From the NCBI RefSeq assembly GCF_030144855.1, contig NC_082731.1, positions 28,520,001-28,584,000 of the forward strand: a DNA stretch of 64,000 nucleotides. The letters are read 5' to 3'. The notes beneath the pieces are model-generated. The model did not search any database and was not told the origin of the DNA. It saw only the letters and a list, made by a program, of their open reading frames with translations. This document shows positions 1 through 12,356 of this stretch, one piece after another; the first letter of the stretch is position 1, and every line of letters starts with the position of its first letter. Source of the stretch: Hypanus sabinus. Its lineage: Eukaryota. Position numbers and translations under genes: made by a program.

Positions 1-3000
1 TCAGTGTCCTATCGTTCACTGTGTAAGTCCTACCCTGGTTGGTACTACCAAAGTGCAACACTTCACACTTGCCTACATTAAATTCCATCTGCTATTTTAC
101 CATCTGGTCCATATCCCACTGCAAGCTCCGATATTCTTCCTTGCTGTCCGCTCCACCCCCCAATCTTGGTGTCAATTACAAATTTGTTGATCCAGTTAAC
201 TATATTACCATCTAGATCAGGGGTGGCCAACCTTTTACATTCCATGCATCAATTTTTTCACGCACGAGTTCAGATGCGCCATACAACTTTTGTACCCCCA
301 TTCATTTCTTGTAAAAATATGTTAATATAGACATATTTAGCATTTTTATATGATATATTGATTTAACATAAAAACAAGATAAACATTATTTACCTTAATG
401 AGACTTTTGAGTCTGTTTTGATTTTGCCAAGATTTTAATATTTGGAGATAAATTAATTACTGAGAGCAGCAGAGAATTCTTTAAATTAGAATCAGTCAGT
501 CGTGACCTCATTTTGTTTTTAATCAATTACTTGGCTGAAAATGCTTGTTCATATCTGTACGTCTTTCCAAAATGACAGATATAAGTCTGGGCAAATTTTC
601 TTAGCTCTGGAAAATGTTCACAGGGTAATGATCGCCAGAAATTAATCATGTCAGAAGCATTTGGGACTGAGGGAAGCTCATCAAATTTCATGTTCAATAA
701 TGAATTTGTTTTCAAGTCAGTAAGTTCTATACTTGTGTTACTAGGCATCTTCATGATCTTTGTTCAAGTGAAAATGGGTTTATAAATGCAAGTATGCAGC
801 CTACTTCTTTAGCAAAATCATGAAAACAACTTTCAAAAGACTCTTGCAATAACCTGATTTTTTTCAATATATTTTGTAAAATTGCCGTTAACTTCAGCAC
901 ATTCACTCTGATCTTTTAAGTGTGGAAACTGGCTCAAATCCTCATTTTCTAACTGAGAGGTGAACAGTTTTAACTTCATCTTGAAAGCATCGATTTCATT
1001 TATTAAGCTAGGAAACAATTTGTTCTTACCATGGAGTTTCAAATTTAGATCATTGAGATGCTTTAAACATCAACTAAAAATCCTAAATCAAATAGTCAAT
1101 TGTTAAAAGGGCTCTTTCCTCAGGCAGCTCTTTTTTTTTCTAGAAAATTATGAACAGTATTTTTCAGTTTCCAAAATGTACTCAGAACCTGTCCTCTAGA
1201 AAGCCAGCGCACCTCGTAATGAAGGACGAGATCGCCATATTCCACATCTAACATTTCACAATATTCTCTGAATTCCCATCTGTCTAATCCTCTTGCTTTA
1301 ACTTTATTCACACATTTCACAACCAGTAGCATACCATGCTGCAAATTTAAAGTTTTTCCAGACAGTGACTCGGTGTATAATGTAGTGGTATTTTAGTAGA
1401 GGACAACCTAAAAAGTTTTCAAGCAGTAGTCCCAGCGGCTTTACCTATCATTACCGGCGCTCCATCAGTACAAACACCAATGAGTTTACTGGAATCTAGT
1501 TGTAGATTTTCTAGGCATGATTTCACTTTGTCAAATATGTCTGATCCTCTTGTTTTTCCATGAAGAGACTGAAGACCAATAAGTTCCTCAAAGACGCTAA
1601 TATTATCATCAATTCCTCTTATAAAAATGCTTAACTGGGCTACATCACATACGTCAGCAGATTCGTCCAAAGCTGAAGAAAAGAAAGTACAAGCATGGAC
1701 AAGGTCTTTCAGTTGCTCAGATACATCATGACAGAGCTCCTCAGTGCTTCTCGTAACTGCTTTGACAGAGCAATTTCATCTACAAGTACTTTCCTTTCGA
1801 TACTTTTATCACCAAGACATCTTGCAAATATTTGCAGGCAAGGCTTAATAATTTCTTCTCCATCAGAGAAAGACTTCCGTTTTTTGGCCAACGCTAAAGT
1901 AATTTTGTAGCATGCTTCAGTCATTGCCAAACTTTAACAACTTCCATTAACAAATATATTTTCTCTCCTTTTGACTTCTTCCTTTTTATTAATCACTTAT
2001 TCTTTCTGTAACTCAGACCCAAGTAGTAGCTTCAGTTTTCCTTCTATTTCAGTCTGATGTTGTGTTTTATAGTATCTATTAAGACCATGTCTTGTATTAG
2101 GTGAGAAAGTGTTTTCACAAACAATGCACAATGGTTTTCCTGACAGACCTGCTATAAATAAGAACTCATTTTCCCACTGTTCATTGAATTCATGCTTGCT
2201 ATCACTTTCTGTTTTCTTTTGCACTATGATGGGTAACTGAATGTAAAAACAAGGCTTAATTTTCGAAAAAGCACACAACTGCAAATGTTCACAAAAGACA
2301 AACAAAGCACAACTCCATAGCACATTAGTGTCAATTGTAAACTGATTGGCAAGAGCCTGAGATGCATCACTGGTGCAGACGCCTGGCGACTGAGGATCAA
2401 ATGAGTATCAAATGTGTATTGAACAGTTATGGAACAACTGCAGAACAAAAGTCTCTCTTTCCTAGTTTGACTCATTGAACATTTTTTTTTAAATTGAAAG
2501 CAGATTTAATGTCAAAGAAGATAATATTCACCAAAAGATGTGCACAAAATAATAAAATCACTAAAAATAATCGCTAAGTTTTAGATTTATTCTCAGTAAA
2601 TCCCATTTCTAGATCTAAGCTACTTGAATTCCAGTTATAGTTTTTTTTCTGCAAATCAGTTTTTGGTTAATACTTTTTGCATGAGTGGGGTTACTTTTTT
2701 ATTATTATCACTGCGGTAAAATGCGCCACTGGTTGGCCATCCCTGAACTAGATCATTGGTACAGATGACAGACAACAATGGACCCAGCACCAATCCCTGC
2801 AGAACTCCACCAGTCATAAGCCTTCAGTCAGAGAAGCAACCATCTGCTACCATCTCTGGCTTCTTCCACAAAGCCAATATCCAATCAAATTTACTGCCTT
2901 TTCTTGACATATCTGTCCAATCCCATAGGATTCTCCCTCACTTTGCCTGCTAGGGCAACCTCGTCCATTCATTTAGCTCTTCTTATTTCTTTCTTAGGGT

Positions 3001-3890
3001 TTTTTCTGCAATTCTTATACCCCATAAATACCTGATTTGTTCCTACCTGCCTGACCCTGCTGAGCACTTCCTTTTTCTTCTTCACCAGGGCCTCAATATC
3101 TCTTGAAGACCAAGGCTCCCTAAACCTGTCATCATTGCCTTTTATTCTGACAGGCACAGACAAGCAATGTGCTCTCAAAATTTCACATTTGAAGGCTTCC
3201 CACTTACCGAGAACACCTTTCCCAGAAAACAATCTGTCCCAACTCACACTTGCCAGATCCTTTCTGATACCATCAAAATCGGCCTTTCTCGAATTTAGAA
3301 TCTGAACCTGTGAACCAGATTTATCTTTTCCATATTTCTTTTGAAACTAATTGCATTTTGATCAGTAGATGCCAAGTGTTCCCTTACACAATCTTCTGTC
3401 AGCTTCCCTTAAAAGGCATCAAGTATTCCACACACTCTCGGTGGGATTTCTCCATGCCGATTAAGGAAACTTTCCTGTGTACATTTCACAAACTCCATCC
3501 CTTTTATAGAATAGGAGTCCAAGTCAATATGTGGAAAGTTGAAATGATCTACCATCACAACCTTATGTGTTTTGCAACAGTCTGCGATCTCCCTACAAAT
3601 TTGTACCTCTAAATCCTGTAGACTGTTGGTTGGTCTTTAATATAGGCCCATTAACGTGGTCATACCTTTCTTATTCCTCATTTCCACCCATAAACCTAAA
3701 TAGAGGAGTTCTCCAGTCTCTCCTGACTGATCACAAATAACACCATTCCTCTCCCTTTAATCCCTCCTGCATTGACATGTCTGAAACAATGGAACTCTGG
3801 AATATTGAGCTGCCAGTCCTGCCTCTCCTGCAACCAAGTCTCACGAATGTTTACGGTATCATAATTCCTTATGTTAATCTATGACATGAG
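1..3890 (-). mobile_element. CR1-type LINE fragment(s), interrupted by the hAT element at 218-2745
   Basis: 1-217 and 2754-3890 read as decayed CR1 ORF2 on the minus strand (e.g. GKWEAFKCEILRAHCLSVPVRIKG...REPW). The sequence is colinear across the hAT insertion site. Confidence 0.75.
218..2745 (-). mobile_element. hAT DNA transposon (Charlie/SPIN/Buster-like), decayed transposase
   Basis: 15-bp TIRs CAGGGGTGGCCAACC (218-232) and GGTTGGCCATCCCTG (2731-2745). 8-bp TSD ATCTAGAT (210-217) / AACTAGAT (2746-2753). Minus-strand fragments include a BED-finger-like LCIVC...H segment, MDESADVCDVAQLSIFIRG, CTDGAPVM and EVRWLSRG. Confidence 0.92.
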
Positions 3891-4479
3891 CTCATTTGCC
3901 TCGTGTTTGCCCTGACAGACAGATGCTTAACTGCACCATTGCAACAGAACAGTTTCCAACAATGGTATGTTTCATTTAGTTAGCGTCACACATGAACCAG
4001 ATGAGGAGCAGCAAAGTTAGTGGGGACAAGGAGCCCTCAAACAGTGATCCGACATCTTTGACACAAATATATTGTCTGGTCAGTGGTTGGCTCTCTCACC
4101 TCTTTGTCAGATGGCCGTAGGTTCTAATTTCTCTGACCATTAGTTGACAGCTGATCACTGGGACTCCTGGTGTAGGAAGGATTTAGACACCATAGATACA
4201 AAGACACCTATTTCGCCCCAAGTGTGCGTCACCTACCACACCTCATGTCGAAGATTCCTAAATTCTTGTCTCCAAAAATCACAGCTAAAACATTTTCAAA
4301 TCATATTTATTGTACTTGGATCGGTACATTGACACAAACAGAGATTTAATACATTGTGCAGTCCCACACAGGGTTGAAATCCATTCAAACATGGCAGAAG
4401 AAGGTCTTAGGATGTACGTACAAACTCAGAGATTTGAGGTGAATCATGTTTGTTCCTTAATTTTGTTCTTGATCTTAAT

Positions 4480-4485
4480 TTTATT
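4480..4485 (-). terminator. Probable polyadenylation signal of the long secretory IgW mRNA
   Basis: AATAAA on the minus strand about 120 nt past the CH6/tail stop codon. Confidence 0.5.
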
Positions 4486-4605
4486 CTTAGTTATTTCAAA
4501 AGGTCCAGATCTTAAACATGTTTTAATCAGCAAAATAACCCTCTGTGATAATTAATAATCGTAAAACTAACAAAACTAGGGTTTCATGGATTGAATCACA
4601 CAGTG

Positions 4606-4991
4606 TTACACACAAGATTTAAAACTATCAGTCAGAACAAGTGAGACATTGACCAGAGTGGGTTTGCTGTGAGATTTATTGATGCTTCGGAACAGGTTGG
4701 TTGTGAGCGACTCATGACCCACCACACAGGAGAAAGTGGTGCCGCTCTTCCACTCCTCAGGAGAAACCTTCAGCTGACTGGTCATTGTGTTCCAGCCTTT
4801 TCTGGGGTCCTTGGTCACCGGCTGGTTCACAAACCCTGTCTTCAGGAGGGTGTCATTGGCCATCCAGGCCACATAGATCTCTGCGGGAGAGAACTTGGTG
4901 ACCAGACACATCAAGGTCCCAGTCTGATCGGTGTCTATCTCATCCGATGATGGGGGGAGGAGGTAGACCTGAGGATGAGTCACAACACCAC
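4606..4991 (-). CDS. IgW: IgW heavy chain CH6 exon plus canonical secretory tailpiece
   Basis: Acceptor ctgttccag|G at 4991, phase 1. C1-set domain PQVYLLPP...LMCLVTKFSPAEIYVAW...FSCVVGHESL. Tail SHSKPTLVNVSLVLTDSFKSCV* has the NxS site and penultimate Cys of IgM/IgA-type tails. Confidence 0.95.
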
Positions 4992-5277
4992 CTGGAACAG
5001 AGAGAATCTGTTAGAATGAATCTTCCAATAATTCCCTCCCTACCCAACACATTCTGGTCTTGTACCAACATGAACAATTTCTAAATCTGAGAGGCTTCAC
5101 TTTATCTGAAACTAAAGGCTTTTCCCTTTCTGCTCATCATTGGGATTTGTGGAGTGGAAATCTTGAACCTGCTGCATTTTACAGCTTCCAGCGAGGTTAG
5201 TCCATTCAGTTCAATCAATGGGAGTCACCGAACACAGCAACTCGACAGAAAGTGGAACTCAGCCCCTGGACTTGCAT

Positions 5278-6080
5278 TGTTACGCCCGTGGCCCCCTCCT
5301 TTTTGAGAATCGCAGGATCGCTATTGATTCGAGTCAGGAGACCCAGGAAATGAGAGAGAGACACACAGATTCCTCAATGGTTGGAATGTTTCCTTGGCCT
5401 CCGAGATAAAAAGCCGCGGAACAGGTCATTGTCTTTTGGAATTGTGTATTGAAAGCTGTACAATGCATCGAAGCCCCCCCAGGCAATGAACCGAGGGGGG
5501 GGGGGAGGTTGGTGGAGGGATTGCATCATCCCAACCTGATTGACATCTGAGACCCCGTGAGTCAGGATAAAAGAGGGTCTGTGGGCACAGCCCCTCAGAT
5601 TCACGAGAAGAAATGCTAGTGATCCCATTTTAGCAAAAGCCGGTGGGAAGGCCAAATGCATCCTTTTCCATTTGCCCCGGAATCGGTGGGCCTTTACCAT
5701 GGAAGAGCGGTTTTTAGCTAACAAACGGGGAAATCAACTCCCAACGACTCTCGAAGGATTGACATCATAAAAGGAATGGGCAAGTTTTAACCCGGCTTTC
5801 TCTCCAACCAAAAAGCTGCAGCTTGAGTGAACTAAAGTGACTTTTATATTTCCATCGGACAATACAATACCCCCTAGACAACGATAAAGCTATTTCTTAT
5901 TGATTATTATTATACCCGCGCTTTTAGATTTAGTATTGACGACGTATATTATCTGTATGTTTGCATCAATATTATTTTTGTGTATTTTTATCAATAAATA
6001 CTGTTAAAAATACTACCATCAGACTTCAACGGACCTCTCTATCTTTGCTGGTAAGTGACCCGGTTACGCGGTACGTAACA
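5278..6080 (+). mobile_element. Solo LTR (Gypsy-type termini) in the CH5-CH6 intron
   Basis: Termini TGTTACG...CGTAACA, perfect 4-bp TSD GCAT (5274-5277 / 6081-6084), AATAAA near 5994 on the plus strand. Confidence 0.9.
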
Positions 6081-6450
6081 GCATCACCCTGTGCTGTTTG
6101 TTCCATCTCCCCTGGTGCAGGGGTGGCAGTCTCAGCTGTGTACGTGTGAGAAGGAGTGAGAACCTATGGAACTCTCCCCACAGAAAGCACTTGAAGAATT
6201 AACATGTAATATATTCAAGGATGGGTTGTATGTACTTCTTCATGTGAATGGGTCAAAGGATATCTGGAGAAAATAGGAATAGGGATTGAGTTTGGATGAT
6301 CAGCTGAGACCAGACTGAATGGTTCAGCAGATCGAGAGACCCAATGGCCTGCTGCTGTACTCATTTTCTATCGTCTATCACAGTGCTGGATGGTGATAAA
6401 TCTGTCAAATTGCTGAGATTAGACTCACACTGAATTCTGTCCACACGTAC

Positions 6451-6765
6451 CTGTGTCCTTCCTGATGGATTTCTTCACTGGTGTTGGCAAACTCTCATCC
6501 TCTATCACACACGAGAACTCAGCCCCACTGTTCCACTCTGCAGCAGGGACTGTCAGTCTGCTGGTGATCATGTCTTCACCTCCGCTGCTGTCTGGACCCA
6601 AAGTCCTCACCCCATCTTCCCTCTTCCTTCCGTCCACCTGCCAGGTTACACTGAATCCCAGTAAATCATTGTGAACCACCTCACACAGAATGGTTGCTGT
6701 CCTCTTCGTCCAGATCTCTTCGAAGGAAGGTTTGCTTAAAGTGACTGAAGTGTCTGAACATTCAG
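6451..6765 (-). CDS. IgW: IgW CH5 exon
   Basis: Acceptor tttctcccag| and donor G|GTACGT; 315 bp, phase 1-1. AECSDTSVTLSKPSFEEIWTKRTATILCEV...W...FSCVIEDESLPTPVKKSIRKDT. Confidence 0.95.
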
Positions 6766-8092
6766 CTGGGAGAAACGTCACAATTATTATTTCCCCATTC
6801 CCCAATGGATGAATTTCTCACTGTCAAGACCAACATTTCTGTTCATCTCTGCTCAATGATTTGCCAGTCCCATCAAGAGGAGATGAGACCAATCTACATT
6901 GGTGAAGAAAGGAATCTTCCCTAGGGTAGACACCCTGAGGGAATGTAAATGAGCAAGATTGACCCTTGCATTGTTCTTGCAGTTTCATGGTCACTTAAAC
7001 TGTTTCCAGCCACTTATTAAAACAAATACAGAAAATTCCCAGTATTTCAGAGTGCGTTGGTGGAACAGGAAACAGAGCAAAGTATCACGTGAAAATCTTC
7101 CAGAAAATACACATCATATTGCAGAATTTATGAGAAACATTTAGTTTTTGTGACTAATATTAAATGCACTCTTTTTCTCTGTTAGATGCAACTAACATTT
7201 GCTGCTGCTTTGTCAGAATATTGTGTGTTCACGCTGCCCTCCAGAGGCTTCTGCACATTGTCCAGGCTGACTATTCCCACACAGGAGCAGAGGGAGAGCT
7301 GCTCTGCTGGAAATTCAGTCCCAACTGTGGCACTAATCAGGGGCTGGGATTATGTTCAAAGGCAGAGGGAGGGAGCATTTGGATGATGAGTATCAGTGAT
7401 TTCCAGAGTGTCTGTCCTGTGAAATGATCTGGATTCTCCTCCAGTTCTGAAAGTATTTTCTGGGATAGTATTGTGTCTATGGTGAAAATGTGGATTATGT
7501 TGGTTGAGAGCAGAAAACAGACCAATGATTGGCCAACTTAAGTGCCAAGTGAGATTAAAAAGATGAAGACATTGAAGCTGAGTCAATGGACAAACCGGTG
7601 TTCAGCTCACTACTCTATGAGGCTTCCCTCACCTCAGCACTGAACTGACTCCGCAGCTGCGGCCTGCAGCCATCGGCACTCACCTCAGCACTGAGCCTGG
7701 CTCCGTGGCGGTGGCCTGCAGCCATCGGTCTCCTGGACCGGTTGCAGTGCTGAACTGGTGACGTGGCTGTGGATTTACTTTAGGGGACTCTATGGTTCAG
7801 GTTCTGTGGATTGTTTGTTTGAATATTTTATTGTTTACACAATTCGTTCTTTCTTTTTCATACATTGGAAGTTTGACTCTGAATTCCATTGTGTTTCTTT
7901 GTTTTGTGACTGCCTGCAACAAGAGAATCTCAAGGTTGTATATGGTTCACATACTTTGATAATAAATATACTTGGAACTTTATCAGTTCCATCAAATAAC
8001 TATACCAGAACAACACTGTGATTTAGTGCTGACCTTGAATTCATAGCACAATGTAAACAATTTCACAAATGGGGTGAGTCCCAGGACCCTAC

Positions 8093-8416
8093 CTTGGATA
8101 TTCTTCACTTGCTTCTTGATACGTGTGTTGGAGGGGGGATGAATCACTGTACAGCTGAAGACTGATTCTGATTCTGTCTCCCACTCCTGTAAACTCACGG
8201 TCAGGAAGTGTCTGGCACTGAAAGTCCACCCCTGCTCCAGAATGGTCGGTGTAGCGCTGGTGTTGGAGGTGATCACAGTGCTGCCTTTCTCCCAGATGAC
8301 ATTTATTTGGTCCGGGTAGAATCCAGAGACCACACACTCCAGTATGGCCGTTTGTCTCTTCGTGGTCTCTTCCTGAGGTGGAGGCAGCAGTCTGACCTTG
8401 GGACCTCTTATCTCGA
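8093..8416 (-). CDS. IgW: IgW CH4 exon
   Basis: Acceptor tctattccag| and donor G|GTAGGG; 324 bp, phase 1-1. GPKVRLLPPP...LECVVSGFYPDQINVIW...FSCTVIHPPS. Confidence 0.95.
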
Positions 8417-8502
8417 CTGGAATAGACAAGAAAACAGGAAATGTCAAACATTTTGACTCAAGTAACTAATGCTGGCCATTTAATCACTGGTCTCTGACCC
8501 AC

Positions 8503-8805
8503 CTTTGGTACTATTGGTCCTTGCTGACACTCGAGAAGATGAAGGAGATTCCTGAGCAGAGCACTCGTACTCCACCCCACTGAACCACTCCTCCACACTG
8601 ATCTGGAGTTCGCTGAGCACTCTGTATCGGGACCCGTCCCTCTCCGCTTGATGGGTGTGAATTCCTTTAGTTTTCTCCTTCCCGCCCACGTGCCAAGAGA
8701 TGTGGATATCTTCGGGATCTGTACAGAGAACCGTGCACTTCACGGTAGCAGTCTTGTAGTTCCACATCTCTTCAATGTCAGGATTTTGAATAAAGACAGA
8801 CAATT
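8503..8805 (-). CDS. IgW: IgW CH3 exon
   Basis: Acceptor aatccacag| and donor G|GTGGGT; 303 bp, phase 1-1. VFIQNPDIEEMWNYKTATVKCTV...W...YECSAQ, visibly paralogous to CH5. Confidence 0.95.
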
Positions 8806-10749
8806 CTGTGGATTACAAATGGAAATGCTCAGAATCGGACTGGAGATATTTCTTTTGGTTGTGTTAGGTCAACACAGATCATCAGTATATGACAGCTGCA
8901 TTTAATGTAAACAGAATAACAGAAACACCCAGGACTGTATCGCGTGTCTTATATTCCTGTAAGTTTTGATTCAGAAAAGAAAATCAGAACAAAGGATGTG
9001 CTAATCGGTTTTGAATCCCTTTCTAATAACTGTACCAATTGGTTCACTGTGAGACAGAGAAGCATGCAGATTTCTCAGCAGAGACACAGCTCAGTATATT
9101 CTTTGCTTGGAGACTCAGTGCCATTGATCAGTAACAATGAACACTGAATCAATGAGAATCCCTTTCTCCATCTGGGCTGAGCCTGGGATTCACTCAGTTT
9201 AATAACTTCACATCCTGACATTCCAGTTTTACTGTGGCTGTGCCTCTCCCCATCTCTGCAACCTTCACGGCCAACACAAGCTTCAGAAGACATCATATTC
9301 TTTCAACTCTGCTCCCTCATACACCTGCACTACTTCTGCTGGTGCCTGTGGTTTTAGCATTCCTGCGTACAAACACTGAAGCCTCTGTCTCTCTTGAAAT
9401 GAGCAGCCATGGTCAGAGTGTGTTGTTAAGTTGCTGGGCTGATGAACTGGGAAAAAAGTTTCAAATCCCAACCTGGTGGATGGGAGTTTAAATTCAATTC
9501 AACAATGCTTTTTGGAATTGAAAGATGTCTATGGAGGTATTTGTAGTGTCATTCCCTGTGATAACTTCCGGAGAGTCCCATCTGGTCCGGCTGGTCTGTG
9601 ACTCCAGACCTGCAGCAACACGGCTGAACCTGAATCACCATCAGGAATGAGGCAGCAAGTCCCTCAGTTCCAGAGCAATCAGTGATTGATAGGAAATGAT
9701 AAATGAATAAAACAGCTCTTTGATCAAGTGTTGGGTCACCTGTCCTCTGGGTTAGTGTCGGTTTTGTGTGAAGTTGTTGAGGCCGTCTCCCAATGCACGA
9801 TCATCAGTTCACGGACATTGCAGCTCTCTGCACTTCGTGTACACCATTTACACACTCGGTCCCCTTTTGCTCTTTGACATTTAGTGTGGAGGCTGATTGT
9901 GTTTGTGTCATGGTTGAGACCTTCAGTGAGACTGTGAGTCAGTGTCTTTGTCTGAAGGAAGAGCAGATGTAACACACACTGTCCAGTCTGACTGGGACGG
10001 GTCATCTGACAAAGTATGATGTGGAATTCTTAACCTATCTCATGTCAGTTAGATTATGAGCAATTTTCTTTTAAAACAGAAAGTCCATTGTGTAGTCTAG
10101 ATGATCATTGCTGTTGTGTAATATCACAAATCTGTAAACCTTGGTGTACACTGAAGGGTCACGGAATTGTGAATCCTAGTTTAATCAGCACTGTGTTGTT
10201 AAACGTGTTTTGGCAGGTTTCTTGATGTATCAGCCTGGTCTTGATGTTCAGCAGTCCCTGGGAAATGTGATCCTCTCATAAAACCTGACAGAGTCAAGAT
10301 CGCTCCACTTATTGCTGGTGTTATTCCACAAGAAGCATGTATATCTGTGCTTGTGTAATTCTAACAAAACATTGTCCTTTCTGACATTCTTTGGGATCAC
10401 TGAGTTTCCCTCTTGGACTGAATTCAGTGTCCTGCATGTGGATCAATGTAACTTTAACAATTTGTCTGATCCAGGATTTATGCACAAAGCATATCAGATT
10501 GGACAGGAGACTGGTTAGAAGACTGTGTCTTGTCTCGCCAATTTGTCTTGTGCCCAACTTTATCAAAGGGTCATCCGTCCTTTGACTGAATCGATTTTGA
10601 ATTTCAGCCCCGTTCACCTTCATCACCTCGTGCCTCAGCCACTGGGTGAAAAACAGGTTCCAGTTCTTGTTGACTGGAGTCAGACAGGAGGGAATCTGAC
10701 CAAGGAAACTGGAATTGGGATCTGAGTCACACTGAAGCAACAATGTACA

Positions 10750-11330
10750 CAAATGAGTGAGTGTATGGACAACCAGAAACACAAGAGATACTACAGATGC
10801 TGGAAATCTTGAACAACGCACACAAAATGCTGTAGAAACACAGGAAGTCAGGCAGCATCTATGGTGGGAAATAAACAGTCGATCTTTCGGGCCAAGTGAC
10901 TTCACCAGTACTGGAAAGGAAGTGGGCAGAAGCCAGAATAAGTGAGTGGAGTGGAGAAGAATACATTCTGTCAGATAAGAGGTGAGACCAGGTGAGAGGG
11001 AAAGGGCAATGGGTATGAAGTAGAAAGCTGGCAGGTGATAAATGGAAGAGATAAATGGCTGACGCAGAAGGAATATGAGAGGACAGTGGACCATGGAGGA
11101 AAGGTTCAAGAGGAGGGGAAACAAATGTAAATGATGGGCAGATGAGGAGAGGTGATAGAATGAGGTGGTATCTAATATGGCGATTAGAAAAAAAAGGGAA
11201 TAGAGAACCGGGGGAGATTACTGGAGGTTGCAGAAATTAGAACTCAAGCTACCAGGTTGGCAGGTATCTGGATGAAATATGAGGTTTTGGTATTCTAACC
11301 TGACTTTGGCCTCACCAGGGCAGTAGAGGA
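10750..11330. repeat. SINE/LINE-tail-derived interspersed repeat
   Basis: Motifs such as agatgctggaaatcttgaacaac...cacaaaatgctg...gtcaggcagcatctatgg followed by a purine-rich body. This resembles the common elasmobranch short repeats. Confidence 0.55.
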
Positions 11331-11557
11331 GACCATGGACAGACATGTCAGAATAGGACTGAGAAGTCAAACTGAAAAAGGTGGCCACAAGGTTAATAGA
11401 AAGTCGAATAGAAATGTGATTGGAGGGGTAGTCAGTTTGAATCATGTGTTTTCTTCTCTCTTTGTTAAATTTCCATCCCAATGGATACCAGGGGCAGGTC
11501 TGGAATCCAGTAACTGGATTGTTATGAAATTCAATGACGAATTGATTACACAGCCAA

Positions 11558-11679
11558 TCACTTTATTTCACACTTTCCTTCAGAACAATGATACTGCAGG
11601 GTAGAACCATCGGAGTATGTTGCATTGAGATTACTCTGGTAAAAGAACATTGGCACAGGCTCCAAAGGACAGTTTTCAT
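11558..11679 (-). CDS. IgW: IgW short-form secretory tail exon (missed by the ORF track)
   Basis: Acceptor cttccattttcag|AT, phase 1 to the CH2 donor. Encodes DENCPLEPVPMFFYQSNLNATYSDGSTLQYHCSEGKCEIK*. It matches my recollection of the skate IgX-short tail (...YQSNLNVSFSDGSTQQYHCWAGKCEIK). Confidence 0.88.
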
Positions 11680-12356
11680 CTGAAAATGGAAGATTCATAG
11701 ATTTAAATGTTAGATATTTTCAGCTCTTTTCCCATGCTTGGAAAAAAGGGAGTCCCACATATTCCCACTCTCTATCCTCTGTATATCGCATCCTATCGAG
11801 ATGAGGTTGTGTCAGCCATGATAAATGCATGTGCTCTCTGAACCAGATCGAGGATCTGAGGACACAAGGTCACAATATTCACAAGGATTGGGCAACAATT
11901 CAAAAATAATCCAGACACCTACATTTCAGTGAGTGGACAATCGACAGAAGAGTCTCTCAGGAAACACTGGCAACAGACTCTGAGGACTGAAGCAAATACA
12001 AAATTGCAGAGATAATTTTTAGGAACTAACACTGATAAGACAGTGAAAAGGGAACAGGGAGGTTTTCTCCAGATGGTAAATCATTGGGCGTGAGCTTTGC
12101 TCACTAACTTATATTCATTATAACTACAAACAGATACGACTAAAATTATTGAGACAGAATGGACAGGTGACCTCATCTAACACCTTTCCTGCCCAGTAGA
12201 TGGGGTTAAAGCTGCTGGTGATATGATTTGATTCAAAGTGCAAAGATCATCTGTACATCACTCAACAAGTGACAGTAGGGACAGGAATTGTGTGGGAGTA
12301 TCAGTTAGGTAGTTTAGTGCTATAAGTTAATTAATTTTTCTTCGAACATCACTCAC

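Noticed and set aside
7337-7525. IgW transmembrane exon (ELEENPDHF...LWKSLILII)
   Set aside because: No CART motif, hydrophobic run too short, and the nearby acceptor gives a different frame in phase 1.
4669-8905. Plus-strand ORFs opposite the CH exons
   Set aside because: Antisense shadows of Ig exons, with no splice or domain evidence.
9283-9446. 54-aa phase-1 terminal exon behind a strong acceptor
   Set aside because: No similarity to known tails. Frames of this length behind AG sites are expected by chance.
9736-10005. Cys-containing ORF as another secretory tail
   Set aside because: The good acceptor at 9951 enters in phase 1 and stops after 9 residues. The Cys-rich frame is not reachable from CH2, and I saw no nearby poly(A) signal.
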